DNA of 64,000 nt from Octopus sinensis (GCF_006345805.1 NW_021830465.1:1-64000); one strand, 5' to 3'; positions 1 through 12,515 are shown, counted from the first letter of the stretch. A program made the numbers and translations. Notes: a model not told the origin generated them from the sequence alone.

Positions 1-28
1 GCATGTTGGTGTCTTTTAGACACCCTCA

Positions 29-59
<31 letters not shown>

Positions 60-106
60 GATATATATACTAACTAGCTAGCTAGCTAGATGGAAGATAG
101 ATAGAT

Positions 107-918
107 ATGTTTCTTTATTAGCCCCACAGGGCTGCACACAGACGGGACAGATTACAAAGTAGAACTTTTCTTTATGGGGAGAAAAGGAAAGAAAAAAGAA
201 AAATACGATCAATTGGGATCGTGTATCACAGAAATGTCATGATGTAAAGTGAAAAGGGGGAAGCAAATAGGATTTATCCGTGGAAAGAAAAGCCTACCGA
301 AAAGACCACGGTAACCTCGGTCAATAATGTCACATGTTAACATTTGTTTGCAAGTAGGTAACCCTCTGCTTTAAATTTTTCCGGGTTCATAGGATTATGC
401 TTAAGGTGGCTTTGTCATTCATACGTGCCATCCTTGCTACATTCACCCATCTTTTTTTGAAACATTCGCTAGATAAAACTTGCCTCTCTACTCTCACTTT
501 CCTTTTCAAGTGATACTTGAAGAAGTTGATGAGAGATTGACTAGAGAGGAAAGTGTTTGTCTCCAATCCTTTCAGACGCGTCCACCAGATACATTCTTTT
601 CACCATAGCCACAAGTATGAGGAAAATAGCTCTTCCTTCCCGTTTGAAGGAAGGAGGCGTGACAATATTGACGATATACTCAGCTGATAAACCGCCTCGT
701 CTCACACGTGACAGCAGTTGTTCAACATAAGCCCACAGGTCGGAAATTGTTGGACACTGCACGAGTGCGTGCAGAACGGTTTCGTCACTCTAACCATATC
801 TCGGGCAAGACGGCCCCGTGTTTCTCGAGCCGTGTCTGTAGAGCTTATCCCGAACGGGTAGCGCTTCTCAGTAGCATTGCCAAGCCAGGGATCTCTGGAA
901 GTTATCCATGGGCTCTGG
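107..918 (-). mobile_element. 5'-truncated Tx1/L1-clade LINE, 3' end of ORF2 plus 3'UTR, inserted in (GATA)n
   Basis: Closely similar to 12592-13530. ORF 541..762 (MQCPTISDLWAYVEQLLSRV...) is the ORF2 C-terminus. ATAG repeats lie on both sides. Confidence 0.85.
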
Positions 919-929
919 ATAGATAGATG

Positions 930-967
<38 letters not shown>

Positions 968-1032
968 AGATCTATAGATAGGCATAGAGACAGACAGATA
1001 GATAGATAGATCGATAGATAGATCGATAGATA

Positions 1033-1065
<33 letters not shown>

Positions 1066-1118
1066 TAGAAAGACAGACAGACAGACAACAGATAGAGCGA
1101 TAGACAATAGATAGATAG

Positions 1119-1150
<32 letters not shown>

Positions 1151-1190
1151 GATAGATAGATAATATAGATAGTTAATAGATAGATATGTG
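919..1190. repeat. (ATAG)n/(ACAG)n tetranucleotide microsatellite
   Basis: Direct reading. Confidence 0.97.
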
Positions 1191-1747
1191 TGTGTTTGCA
1201 TATATGTATAAATCATTGTTTGTGCATATGCCCTCACCCTCCTCTTCACAACGGGTGTTGCTTTGTTTACGTCCCTTAAATCAGCGATTCGACATAACTC
1301 TAGAATAAATACTAGAACTAAACAGTTAGTACTGGGTTCCATTTAACAATCCAATTATGCCTGCACATGTAGTAAGAAAAAAAAATTAAATAAAAGACAA
1401 CCAACCGAACTCCACGAGCGGGAACTCAGAACATAGAGATACAAAAAAAAATTGTGTAGCAAATTATAGAAAAATATGATGCAACAACTGATCTATTCAG
1501 CTTCTCTGGCCATCTTAGAGCTGGAAATATATAAACAACACCAGAAAAAAACAATCACATGACCTAGAGAATACAGACACATGATGCCACATGACGATAT
1601 TGCATATAAACCGAACTCAATCGGGAAAAACCGAACCAAGTCGAAATGTGCCGCTTTCAATCGAATCATTATCCATCTTGTACAAATCCCAGGGGTTTTC
1701 ACCTCAATCGTCTGCTTTTCATCGATGATTGTAATCGATTTTCGTTC

Positions 1748-1768
1748 AGCAGCATCAGCAGTGGCAGC

Positions 1769-1803
<35 letters not shown>

Positions 1804-2035
1804 CAGTAGCAGTAGTAGTAGTAGTAGCAGTAGCAGTAGTAGTAGTAGCAGTAGTAGTAGTAGTAGTAGCAGTAGTAGTAGTAGTAGTAGTAGTAGCAGT
1901 AGCAGTAGTAGTAGTAGTAGCAGTAGCAGTAGTAGTAGTAGCAGTAGTAGTAGTAGTAGTAGCAGTAGTAGTAGTAGTAGTAGTAGTAGCAGTAGCAGTA
2001 GTAGTAGTAGTAGCAGTAGCAGTAGTAGTAGCAGC

Positions 2036-2076
<41 letters not shown>

Positions 2077-2077
2077 C

Positions 2078-2112
<35 letters not shown>

Positions 2113-2415
2113 AAGTAGTAGTAGCAGTAGTAGCAGTAGTAGTAGTAGTAGTAGTAGTAGCAGCAGCAGCAGTATAGTAGTAGTAGTAGTAGTAGCAGTA
2201 TTAGTAGTAGTAGTAGTAGCAGTAGTAGTAGTAGTAGTAGTAGCAGTAGTAGTAGTAGTAGTAGTAGTAGTAGCAATAGTAGCAGTAGTAGTAGTAGTAG
2301 TAGTAGTAGTAGCAGTAGTAGTAGCAGTAGTAGTAGTAGTAGCAGTAGTAGCAGTAGTAATAGTAGCAGCAGTAGTAGCAGTAGTAGCAGTAGTAGTAGT
2401 AGTAGTAGTAGTAGG
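1748..2415. repeat. ~670-bp (GTA)n/(GCA) trinucleotide microsatellite
   Basis: Direct reading; it explains the poly-V, poly-S and poly-Y ORFs. Confidence 0.98.
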
Positions 2416-2699
2416 TGGAGGAGGAGGAGGAGGGGGGGTTGATGTCGTTATTGTTATTTATGGAGACAGTCTCACGATTTGCTTGGTCGTTTATCATGGT
2501 TATGTTTGTGGTTGCTGTTGTGATTGTCTTCATCGTTAATGGCAGTAATGGCAGTGGTAACCGTGGTTGTGGTGGTTGTGGTGGTGGTGGTGCTGCTGCT
2601 GCTTCTGGTTTTAGTTGAGGTTTTGCTTTGGTAGTTGTGCTTGTTGTCTTTGTAATGGTGATGTTGTGGTGGTGGTGATGGTGGTACTTAAGTTCGTTA

Positions 2700-2884
2700 T
2701 TATTCTTTTATAATGTTATATCTCTTTTTGTTCTGGCAGCTCTCGTTGTTCCTGTTGTTGTTGCTGGTGTTGTTGTTGTTGTCGTCGTCGTCGTCTTCTT
2801 CTTCTTCTTCTTCTTCTTCTCCTCCTCCTCCTCCTCCTCCTTCTTCTTCTTCTTCTTCTTCTTCTTCTTCTTCTTCTTCTTCTT
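2700..2884. repeat. Compound microsatellite GTT>GTC>TTC>TCC>TTC (includes the (GAA)n tail of the adjacent SINE)
   Basis: Direct reading. Confidence 0.9.
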
Positions 2885-3174
2885 CCAATCAGGACTCATG
2901 CCATTAGCCACAAAGAATAATCTCTAATTCGAGCCTACTCTAAGCTACTAAGAATACATGTGGTAACTTGAAAATCCACCCACCACACGAGATAGACTGG
3001 CGGTTGCACGGACGCAAAAGCTATGTTGTTATCCTCATTCTGTAAACGGTGGCTTTTAACGTGTGGAGAGCTGAACCATCCTGGAGTACAGAGGATTCGC
3101 AATCTAGACTAAGGTCTGAATGTTTACCACACCAGGGTTCCTCTGCTTTTGTGGCAGAAGTAGAAAGAAAGAGT
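2885..3174 (-). mobile_element. (GAA)n-tailed SINE, 5'-truncated copy
   Basis: ccaatcaggactcatgccattagccacaaagaataatctc... also occurs at 22011 and 60976, each preceded by (TTC)n. Confidence 0.8.
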
Positions 3175-3899
3175 ATCCTTCCGTTTTTAAAAAGGTAGAG
3201 TATGGTTTGAGTGATGTTTGGCTGCTGTTTTATGCATGTCGTGCGAGCACATAGATATTCTATCTTTTGCAATAATATTGTTATTGCTATTATACTATTA
3301 TAGTTTACCTCACCGTTGCTGTGTTGTTGATGTGGTCGTTGTCGTGATTGTAATTGTCGTTGTGGTGGTCGTGGTTGTCGTGATTGTGATCGTTGTTTTG
3401 GCTGTTTTGTTTATCATGATCGTAGTCATTGTCGTAGCCGTAGTTCTTGCTGCTGTTGCTATTGGTGTTGCTGCTGAAGCTGATCTTATTGTTGCCTTAT
3501 TTGTAGTTATTGTAGATGACTAATAAACATCTGTTCAACAACATGCTAACAACCAATACATTTAAAGGCAGACACTGACGACTCGCGAACCATCGTGTAA
3601 TACACCTACGTAAAATGACTCTAACCAACACTTCCGAAATGGCTAGCTGCATACATTTCCTTTTACTCTGGCTCACTCGATACAGTCAAATCCCCTTTTG
3701 TCATCCTTACTGCACTATTGACTCAAGTCATTGAATGACCAATAGAGGCTTTCTTAATTGTGAAATTTTCATAGGTGCATCGTAAAGATCCCATCGTATT
3801 AGCTTGACACAGAAAATTTGCCACACATACCTGGCCAATCAGACGATGCAGAAATGAAGCAAACAGAATGGTTTTGTTAAATTCTTTAATCGTCGTCCG

Positions 3900-4450
3900 G
3901 GAACTAGTACTTATCAACCCCCAAAATGATTACAGGCGAAGTTGATCTCGCTGGATTTCGAACATTACGAGCTGGAATAAGTAACGCAAAGTAATTTGTC
4001 AAACACTTCAGCGATTATTCTAATCTGTGCCACTTTATTGATGCCATATTCAATCGATGTGGGAAGACTAAAAGGCAAAGTTGACCTCGGCGATATTTGA
4101 ACTCAGGGCGTCAAGAATTATAACAAATGCTGCAAAGTATGTTGCTTAATGATCTAACGATTGCGCCGGTCCACCGTCTTAGTTACTTTATATTATCGGT
4201 ACTGGAAGAATGAATGACAAATTTAACGTCGATGGTATTTGAACTCAGAAAATAGAGAACTATATAGAATGCTGCAATATATTTTCCTCAACGCTTTAAC
4301 GATTCAACGTATCCGCCATCTTATTCTATTTAATTGAATCTGAAAGAAAAAAAGACAAATTTGACCTCGATGACATTTAAACTTAGGAAATAATGAGCTA
4401 CAAGAAATGCAGTATATCTATTGTCCGAAGGATTAACAATTCTGCCAACT
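3900..4450 (-). mobile_element. Head-to-tail array of about 4 degenerate SINE (family A) fragments
   Basis: Recurring aaggcaaagttgacctcgg/tttgaactcag-like motifs at a spacing of about 140-150 bp. Confidence 0.6.
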
Positions 4451-4585
4451 AGCTATCTTCTAACAATTATATTAGCTACCTTTTTCTATCAAATTGCCGC
4501 CTTTTCTAACAGTTCACCATTTTGCCAAGTTGTGTTATTACCTCTGAAACCCTGAATTAAGCAACTACTACTCCTTCCTCCTCAG

Positions 4586-4689
4586 AACAGCTTATAGCGA
4601 GCGATTACTACATTTCCATCAATGTTTTATCAGGAGACACCACACGCTTAATGTTCAAAATTAACACCAACCACATCATTATCACCAAG
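4586..4689 (+). CDS. Possible isolated internal exon (QLIASDYYISINVLSGDTTRLMFKINTNHIIITK), unidentified
   Basis: Pyrimidine-rich ccttcctcctcAG acceptor, AAG|GTATGA donor, open frame; no recognised homology. Confidence 0.2.
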
Positions 4690-4972
4690 GTATGAGATTT
4701 CATTAAGGTCGTGGCTTTTGTTTCCTCCACTTCCTGACCAAAATTGTTAGCGCTGTTGTTGTTACTTTTTAACCCCTGGTCGTCCCTGCAGGATTAGAGC
4801 TGACAATGAAGACGTTTCATTAATTCAATATATCTAAGTCTACCTTGTTGAAAGCATTCTACTACCTCAACTCTGTACGATGCGTTTCGTTAGAGATTTG
4901 GTTGCTAACTTTAGCAGGTCTAGTGACCTCATAGAGGAAATGCCTTTGTTGTTATTAATTATTGTCATGTTT

Positions 4973-5420
4973 AAGGCGTCAACCGTGCAGAATCGTTAGT
5001 ACGCCGGGTGAAATGCTTAGCGACATTTCGTCCGTCTTTACGGTCTGAGTTCAAATTCCGTCGAGGTTGACTTTATCTTTCACCCTTCGGGGTGGATTAA
5101 GTAAGTGCCAATTGAGTACTGGGCTCGAGGTTATTGACTCACCATTTCCACCGAAGTTGTTGGCACTGAACCAAATTTTGAAACTGCTATTTCTATTAAT
5201 TAAAGGTATCGAGTTGCCGAATCGCTAGCATGCCGGATTAAATGCTTTCAAGCATTTCTTCGGGCTTTACATTCTGAGTTCAAATACAGCCGAGGCTGAC
5301 TTTGACTCTTATCATTTCTGAGTGATAAAATAAAAGTATTAGTTGACTATCGAGGTCGATGTAAATAACTAGCCCCTCCCCACAAATTTCAGAGCTTGTG
5401 CCTATGTAAGAAAGAATGAA
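4973..5420 (+). mobile_element. Two tandem copies of tRNA-derived SINE family A (Deu/Nin-like core)
   Basis: gcagaatcgttag...ctgagttcaaattcc...gaggtcgactttgcctttcatcc...gtaccag consensus, seen more than 20 times in this window. Confidence 0.8.
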
Positions 5421-6003
5421 TATTGTTATAGTCTTCGATAGTGGTGGGATGGAGATAGCATGATAATTGTATGAATAATTACAGAGACATCACAGATGCT
5501 ATATGATGTTGTTGTTGTTGCTGTTGTTTAACCCCAGGTCAACACTGAGCAGGAGCGGATATATGATCAAAATTATTCCAGCTGTAACCATCCCCTCTTT
5601 TTACCTTTTGTACACAACAAAAACCAGGAACACATTACCCAACGTGTCAATTTTTTAATAATTTTTGAAGATGTAAAACTCCAGGAAGACTTAGTTGCTA
5701 TTTCTAGCAAGCCGGGGTGCCAGATAGACGTTCTCTTACTTACTTGTTCTGTTGTCAGCAGTGATCGTAACAGTGTTACTTGTAGTGTTCTTTCTACACC
5801 CACCTCAATTCTTTCGAAAGATAATTGAATAGCCGTAAGCTCTCACTGCTATAATGATTCAGAATTAGTATTATTCAGAATAACATGTAGGATATGATAT
5901 CATCTGCTTATAGGATATCATCTATAATGTATATGTGATGTCACACATATACGTACATATGCATGTACGTATGTATGTATGTACGAATGCATGTATTCGT
6001 ACG

Positions 6004-6034
<31 letters not shown>

Positions 6035-6323
6035 TGTATGCGTGTGAGTGTGTGTGTATATATACATATTCATTATGAGGATATCGGAACATCTCGAAAC
6101 GTACGCAATGGGATGGATAATGATTTAGAATTTTCAAATTTTTGCACATGCCCAGCAATTTTAGGGTGGGTGGGGCTAAGTTGACTACATCGACCTGACA
6201 ATTATATTATGCTCACCTGACAATTATTTTATCGAATAAAGGATGAAAGACAAAATCGACCTCGGCAGAACTTGAACCCAGAACCTAAAGACAGGCGACA
6301 TTCGGGTCAGCATTTTGTCCAGC

Positions 6324-6466
6324 CTGATTCGTTTTGCGCCAAAATCATGGCAGCCACGAGTGTGAAAATAATTTTTCTTCGTTTTTTCTTCTAGTGAATT
6401 AGTTGCTCTCTATTGAAATTATTTTCACACTGGTGGCTGCCATGATTTCGGCGCAAAGCGAATCAG
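6324..6466. repeat. Fold-back/MITE-like inverted repeat, 51-bp arms (3 mismatches), 41-bp spacer
   Basis: 6324-6374 is the reverse complement of 6416-6466. Confidence 0.85.
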
Positions 6467-6955
6467 TTGCAGCGCCGACTTCAACGTGATGGGTTGGGGT
6501 TCTCTGTCATGGTAACATGTGCTGAGGTAGGTGAGGCTGTAATGTCAGTCCAGAAACCGGTCCAACTGAGTCCAAATCCTTGAATGTATGCTGAGAGATT
6601 GTCTTAGAGCGTTTGTCTTTGGACGGTTGGTTTCTGTAGTTATTATCAGTGTAATTTTGGCGATTTAAATAAGAGTTTTTACTGTTATTTCCAGCAGGTA
6701 GACATACTTAGTATGATCTTTGATTAATTTTAATCTTTCACCTCTTCAATGTTTTTTGTGGTGGGGGGGGGGTGCAATCACCTGTATTATTGATTCTGTT
6801 ATTATCATTTATAAATTGTTACACTAGATAATAATAGATTCAATATCTTCGCAAATTATTTTCCCGTGAATTATTTATTTAATATTTCTTGTGAGCTTTG
6901 CTCCATATTGATATATATATATATATATATATATATGTGCGTGTGTGTGTGTGAC

Positions 6956-6986
<31 letters not shown>

Positions 6987-7118
6987 GTGTATGTGTGTGT
7001 GTACTAATGTTTGTTTTTATGGTGTTATGATAAAAACATTTGATGGGTTACTCAATGATTCTGTAGAGTACAAATTTGTTATTCTCTTAAACAATAAAAA
7101 AATATATATATAAGAAGA

Positions 7119-7159
<41 letters not shown>

Positions 7160-7296
7160 TATTACTCACGTAAATGTCCACAACTCATTATTATTATCGT
7201 CATAACAAAATATAATTCGCAGAACTATACACGAGACGTCCGCATGAGATTGAACATGTATACAGTTCTACCATGCAAATTAGATTTTGCTATGAC

Positions 7297-7358
7297 GATC
7301 ACACTGATGAGTTGCGGACAATTACGTAAATGATAACAACGAAATCGGGTTTGTGATT
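7297..7358 (+). ncRNA. Minimal type-I hammerhead ribozyme motif (Penelope-type)
   Basis: GAUCACA-CUGAUGA-GUUG[loop]CAAC-GAAA-UCGG-GUU-UGUGAUU: 7-bp stem I, G-C closed 4-bp stem II, short stem III, GUU cleavage triplet. Confidence 0.65.
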
Positions 7359-7647
7359 AAACTTTATATTTTGTGTCTTTTTTATTTGTCTTGGTCGCTT
7401 ACGTTCTGGTATTTGTTAAATTTTCTTGAGAACAATCCTTTCTTAGTGGTAAGACCATAGGGGGTCTACTTCTAGCTTAATGGATGTCCATTTAGTGGTA
7501 ATCTCTTTTATATGTATGTAATATAATTTTTCTGAATCTTCGGATTTTTCAATATGCTAGACCACTGGTTTTAAATTGATATTAATCAAATTAATATTCA
7601 ATGTTTTACCCTTATTGTTTTAAATTATATATGAATGCATGTATACA

Positions 7648-7702
<55 letters not shown>

Positions 7703-7709
7703 TTATACA

Positions 7710-8492
7710 TAAACGATGCGATATCAAAAATGTCCCTGGATTACTTCTGTATTGCCCCAACAGATGACAGCCCACGGTTGCTAGCAGGGATTTTCATAAG
7801 GCAGTGTGTCGACTAGCGTCGCAGTGTTCACTTCAGAAGTGAAATTTTTACTTTCGTCATTACATTTATGCTGTAGCCTGCAATTTTTGTCATGGACAGG
7901 AAGTTGGAACAAAAAGCCAACATAAAAGTTTGCATTAAACTTGTGAAGTCTGCTACAGAGACATTGAACATGCTTTGGCAAGATTACTGCGAAGAGGCAA
8001 TGGTATGTACGCAAGGTTTCGAGTGGCACGGACGCATGACGCAGCTCAGTCTTGTATATCTACATCACTTTCGTTCGACATCTTCGATATTGTGTACCGA
8101 AAAACCATTCCCCCAAGGCCAGAATGTTAGTTTAGAGTAGTACTGTGACGTTTTGAAGCGTTTGGAGGCGGTCATTCGGCGATAGCCTCGGGATCTCTGC
8201 AGCCCGAATAATTGGATCTCTCACAACGACAATGTACCCTGTCACCAAACTCTCCTCTCTCTTTTTACTCTTTACTCTTTTACTTGATCTGTCATTTGAC
8301 TGTGGCCATGCTAGAGCACCACATTTAGTCGAGCAAATAGACCCCAGAACTTATTCTTTGTAAGCCTAGTACTTATTCTATCGGTCTCTTTTGCTGAACC
8401 GCTAAGTTACAGGGACGTGAATACACCAGCATCGGTTGTCAAGCGATGTTGGGGGAGCAAACACGGACACATAAACATATACACGCACAAGC

Positions 8493-8525
<33 letters not shown>

Positions 8526-9055
8526 CTATATATTATATATATATATGTACATATATACGACGGGCTTCTTTCAGTTTCCGTCTACCAATCCACTCACAAG
8601 GCTTTGATCGGCCCAGTAGAAGACACTTACCCAAGGTGCCACGCAGTGGGACTGAACCCGGAACCATGTGGTTCGTAAGCTAGCTACTTAGCACACAGCC
8701 AATCCTACGCCTATAGGAGTGAATTTCTTGCAAAAACAACCTGGTATCGCTCCCGTAGCCGCCCCATCCACCAGATTAAGCACCCGCGGACTTACGTCTC
8801 CTCCTCGAGATGAAAATGCAGTTCAAAGGTCACTAGTTTACCACAGTTGTCGAGATCCAGAGCGAATCTCAAAAAGTTGTAGACTCGCTTACGGAAAACG
8901 ACTTAAGGCTGAATTCCAAAAGTGGGAAGAACGCTGGGACCAGTGTTTTGATTCGTAATGTGAATATCTTGTAAGAGCTGATTTTTAAAATTAGCTAAGT
9001 AGGTTATTTTTTGTTAAACATAACTAGTCCTGGAACTTTTTGATGCCACCTCGTA
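7710..9055 (+). mobile_element. Decayed mariner transposon interrupted by a SINE
   Basis: ORF 7892 (MDRKLEQKANIKVCIKLVKSATETL...) resembles the mariner N-terminal HTH; broken DDD-domain frames follow; 3' TIR gtcctggaactttttgatgccacctcgta at 9027-9055 with a degenerate 5' counterpart at about 7710. Confidence 0.75.
8258..8712 (-). mobile_element. Bipartite tRNA-derived SINE (family B) with internal (TA)n
   Basis: Head with B-box ggttccgggttcagtccc; second half gtttgtcccc...cgactaa...gactgaaacaagtaaaagag; other copies at 49453, 50265, 56872, 61905. Confidence 0.85.
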
Positions 9056-10227
9056 TATCAGTACGTCAGGGTAAACAGATCTGTTCTATAGTCGCTTCAC
9101 ATTTAACTAAATTCCTACACACACGTACAAATTATTATGAAATTACTTAATTTAGGTAAACAACAGTATAATTTAACTACTAATAACTCTTTCTGCTATA
9201 GGTACAAGGCCTCAGATTTTGTACAACTGATAGCTATTTGATCGACCCGTAAGGATGAAAGGAAAATTCGACCTCGGTAGAATATGAACGCAAAACCTAA
9301 AGACAGACTAAATACCACTAAGCATTTTTCTCCGACGTGTTAACGATTCAGCTAGCGCGTCCCCGTAATCTTTCTACTCTTAATATTAAAAGAAATACTT
9401 CAATGACTACATTTTTTAGTAAATAAAGTATTTGTATAATGCTAAATACATTTTTTCCAAATTCCAAAAACGAGATTTTGAGGCTTCTGGTTACATGTTA
9501 GAAATTTTGAGAGTTCATTTTGATAATTTTATCACTGCCTAATATTATGCTTAATGTTTCTTGCAAGCACAGTTTAGAGGCTTTTGAGTATGAATTATGG
9601 GAGTATACATTTCATATCTCTAACGAAGTCGTGCAATGCTGTATTGTATCTTTATCTGTTTGATGTTTCATATCCACCCAGCAAGTGATATGCATTGTCT
9701 GTTGCAGATGTTCCTAAATGATGCAGCATGGGTCCTCCAGCTATTCTTGAAACTATCACTCTTTGCACTTATATATGCATATATATATATATATGTGCAC
9801 CTGTTCTAACAGTACGTTTTTAAGCAGTGTTGTAACGTAAACACATGATTGCCAGAGGACATACTTTCTTATTTTTACAATTACATTTTTTCTATCACTA
9901 TTTGCAACCAGGTTACTACTTGTATTCATCTGTATAATTTCCTTCTTAGTGGCATTATTGTTGTTATTGTTAGTATTTCTATTTTCATTGTTGTCATTAC
10001 TATGATTATCTTCGGTGTTATTATTAGTAGTGCTTGCAACATTACTGTCGTGACTTATATTAAAATATATTTTGTATAGATGTGTGTGTGTGTACAGAAA
10101 ATGTTTAGATACAGAATGCGAAGTGTATATGAGGCCATATTTAAAAATTCCATAAAACAACTCTAGTTTACAATAAACGAAATATACTTTCATTAAAAAA
10201 AATTGTGTACTTCTATATAAGATTTCT

Positions 10228-10860
10228 TATGAGATGATTCTAATGAATCTGACTTCAGCTTCGATGAGTGTTCCAACGTGGGACCAAAATCGTTGATATA
10301 TCTATACTAAATGGCCCTTATTCGTTTCGGATATCTTCTGCGCTATCTAAAGCTATGATATTGTGAATATGTTGATTAATCTCCTTCCCAATAAAGCTCA
10401 AAACAAAATAGTCCATAGATTTAAATCTGGTGACTTTGAAGGCTACAAGTTTAGTGGGACATGGCTGTAAAAAGTTGTCTGTAATGAGTCTTGTTGAAAC
10501 ACGTGTCGCATTCCACTTCATACTTCATCCATCCAAGTTTTAACAAGTGTTTCCAACAATTCAATGTATCCAGCAGCAATAATTCTAAAACCTGTGCAGT
10601 TGGCAGAATCGTTAGCACACCGGGAAAAACGCTTAGCGGCATTTCGTCTGTCTTCACTTTCTGAGTTCAAATTTGGGGTTGATAAATTAAGTACCAGTTA
10701 AATACTGGGGTCAAAGTAATAGACTAGTCTTCCCATTGAAATAATTCTAAAACTCTGTAGAAAATCGTGAGGTGCCAGAACATGATGTTCATCACTAACC
10801 ACCCCTATAACACAGATGTTAGAAACTGCACGTAACCATTTGTCATTTATCTTGTTAGAA
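10228..10860 (-). mobile_element. Decayed Tc1/mariner (maT/DD37D-like) transposase relic, split by a SINE
   Basis: Broken frames read VIGVVSDEHHVLAPHDFLQ-FRIIAAGYIELLETLVKTWMDEV*..VFQQDS...PSKSPDLN.., matching the Tc1/mariner catalytic region. Confidence 0.7.
10592..10739 (+). mobile_element. SINE family A insertion with 14-bp target-site duplication
   Basis: TSD aataattctaaaac at 10578-10591 and 10740-10753. Confidence 0.85.
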
Positions 10861-10908
10861 TTTTGATCGAAGGTTTTCTCATCATGTATGTATGTATGTT
10901 ATGTATGC

Positions 10909-10963
<55 letters not shown>

Positions 10964-11299
10964 ATGTATATACATGCATACGTATATATATATATATATA
11001 GTATATATATAATAATATATATATATATATATCAGAGACGGACTCTCCTGAAGAAGACGATGTATGAGTATTCACCAAGACAAAAAAGTCCAACAAAATA
11101 GATAATCAACAACACACTTTAGTATATTGCTGCTATTCACCAATCTCTATAATTCGCTCACATCACACACATAGACATACACGCACGCACACACGCGCAA
11201 ACACATGACTATATATATTTATGCATATATACGTATATGTAGATTTGCATACATGCTTACATATTTATATATACACACTGCTGTAATCAGCCAGGAGCT

Positions 11300-12040
11300 T
11301 ATTTTATTTCGTGCCTTGTATATTGGTCAGGGCATTTATTTTAGTATTGTATTGTGCTCTGAGTATTGCGTCAACCATCAGTCATTTACTTTTGTAGGGA
11401 ATACTATAGAACATAAAAGTGTTGTCTCCTAATATTTTCCTATGAAGTTTTGTTCCGTGTCGTGTGACTTAGAAAATTGCAATTAATCTTTGTTGTAAAC
11501 GCATAGTGAACCGACACGAGCGCTTAGTACTTTTATGACCAATATAAGTGTCAACTCAATATCAGTATACATTCATATTTGCAATCGAATTTATATACAA
11601 CAATGGTCATTTTATCCCGTTGGTTGGTTTGGTTTACATTCTTGTAGTTTGTTATGAATAAGGTTTTTAATATTAATGTTTTTGTAGTACATTGTCAATG
11701 TTCATTTTATGGTTTGTTGTAAGGTGTTTTGTGATCTCTGTTTTACGAGGTTTTTGACGATGTGTCCATCTATGCTAGAGTTCATACGCATTTGATTCAT
11801 AAAATATACATTATGTGTAAGGTCTTGTCTATTTGTTTCAATATATTTCATCCTAAATTGTTCTATTGTTTGGTCTCCTTCGTTTCTAAGGATAATCGCT
11901 AATGACCAGTACTTGTTTCACCTTGTAGGATGAATATCCAGTAATTCGTTTCTGGACGAGAATCTCAATGCTTTCTTAATAATAATTTTATCATTGATGT
12001 TTCATATCTGTGGTAGATATTCGATATTTCCGTGTAAGTA
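11300..12040 (-). mobile_element. Penelope-like element remnant (GIY-YIG region)
   Basis: Broken frames IVVYKFDCK...TYIGHKSTKRSCRFTMRLQQ, GIY-YIG-like. Confidence 0.6.
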
Positions 12041-12109
12041 TATGTACGTATATGATTCATTCGGGCAAACGGACTGGACATATCTTAGGTTATCCAACTG
12101 AATGCAGTC

Positions 12110-12162
<53 letters not shown>

Positions 12163-12309
12163 AATACACAGTATTATAGATTACCAACCGAATTCGCACC
12201 GGTCAGCAGATACAGGAGAATTACTACATAGACGTGTTTTCCATAGGTAGCAGTTAAGGAGAAAACATGTTGACTGCTTTGTTATTAGTGGTGAGAAAAA
12301 GTCACGTCA

Positions 12310-12368
12310 TTTTGTTGGTGTTGTATATATATATATTATATATATATAATATATATATATTATATATA

Positions 12369-12414
<46 letters not shown>

Positions 12415-12422
12415 TATATATG

Positions 12423-12458
<36 letters not shown>

Positions 12459-12515
12459 AGTGTGTGTGTGTATAGATAGCTAGATAGATAGATTGATAGA
12501 TAGATAGATAAATAG

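Noticed and set aside
1210-1345. Hydrophobic plus-strand frame IIVCAYALTLLFTTGVALF...
   Set aside because: In-frame stop immediately upstream and no usable splice acceptor.
1581-2911. Long poly-V/S/L/Y/E/K ORFs
   Set aside because: Translations of trinucleotide microsatellites; no coding evidence.
9866-10053. Minus-strand N-rich segment with AG/GT borders
   Set aside because: Mostly AAC/AAT low complexity next to a transposon relic; splice-like signals are expected by chance.
10318-10657. ORFs MKWNATRV... and MKTDEMPL... as host exons
   Set aside because: Off-frame readings of a Tc1/mariner relic and a SINE.
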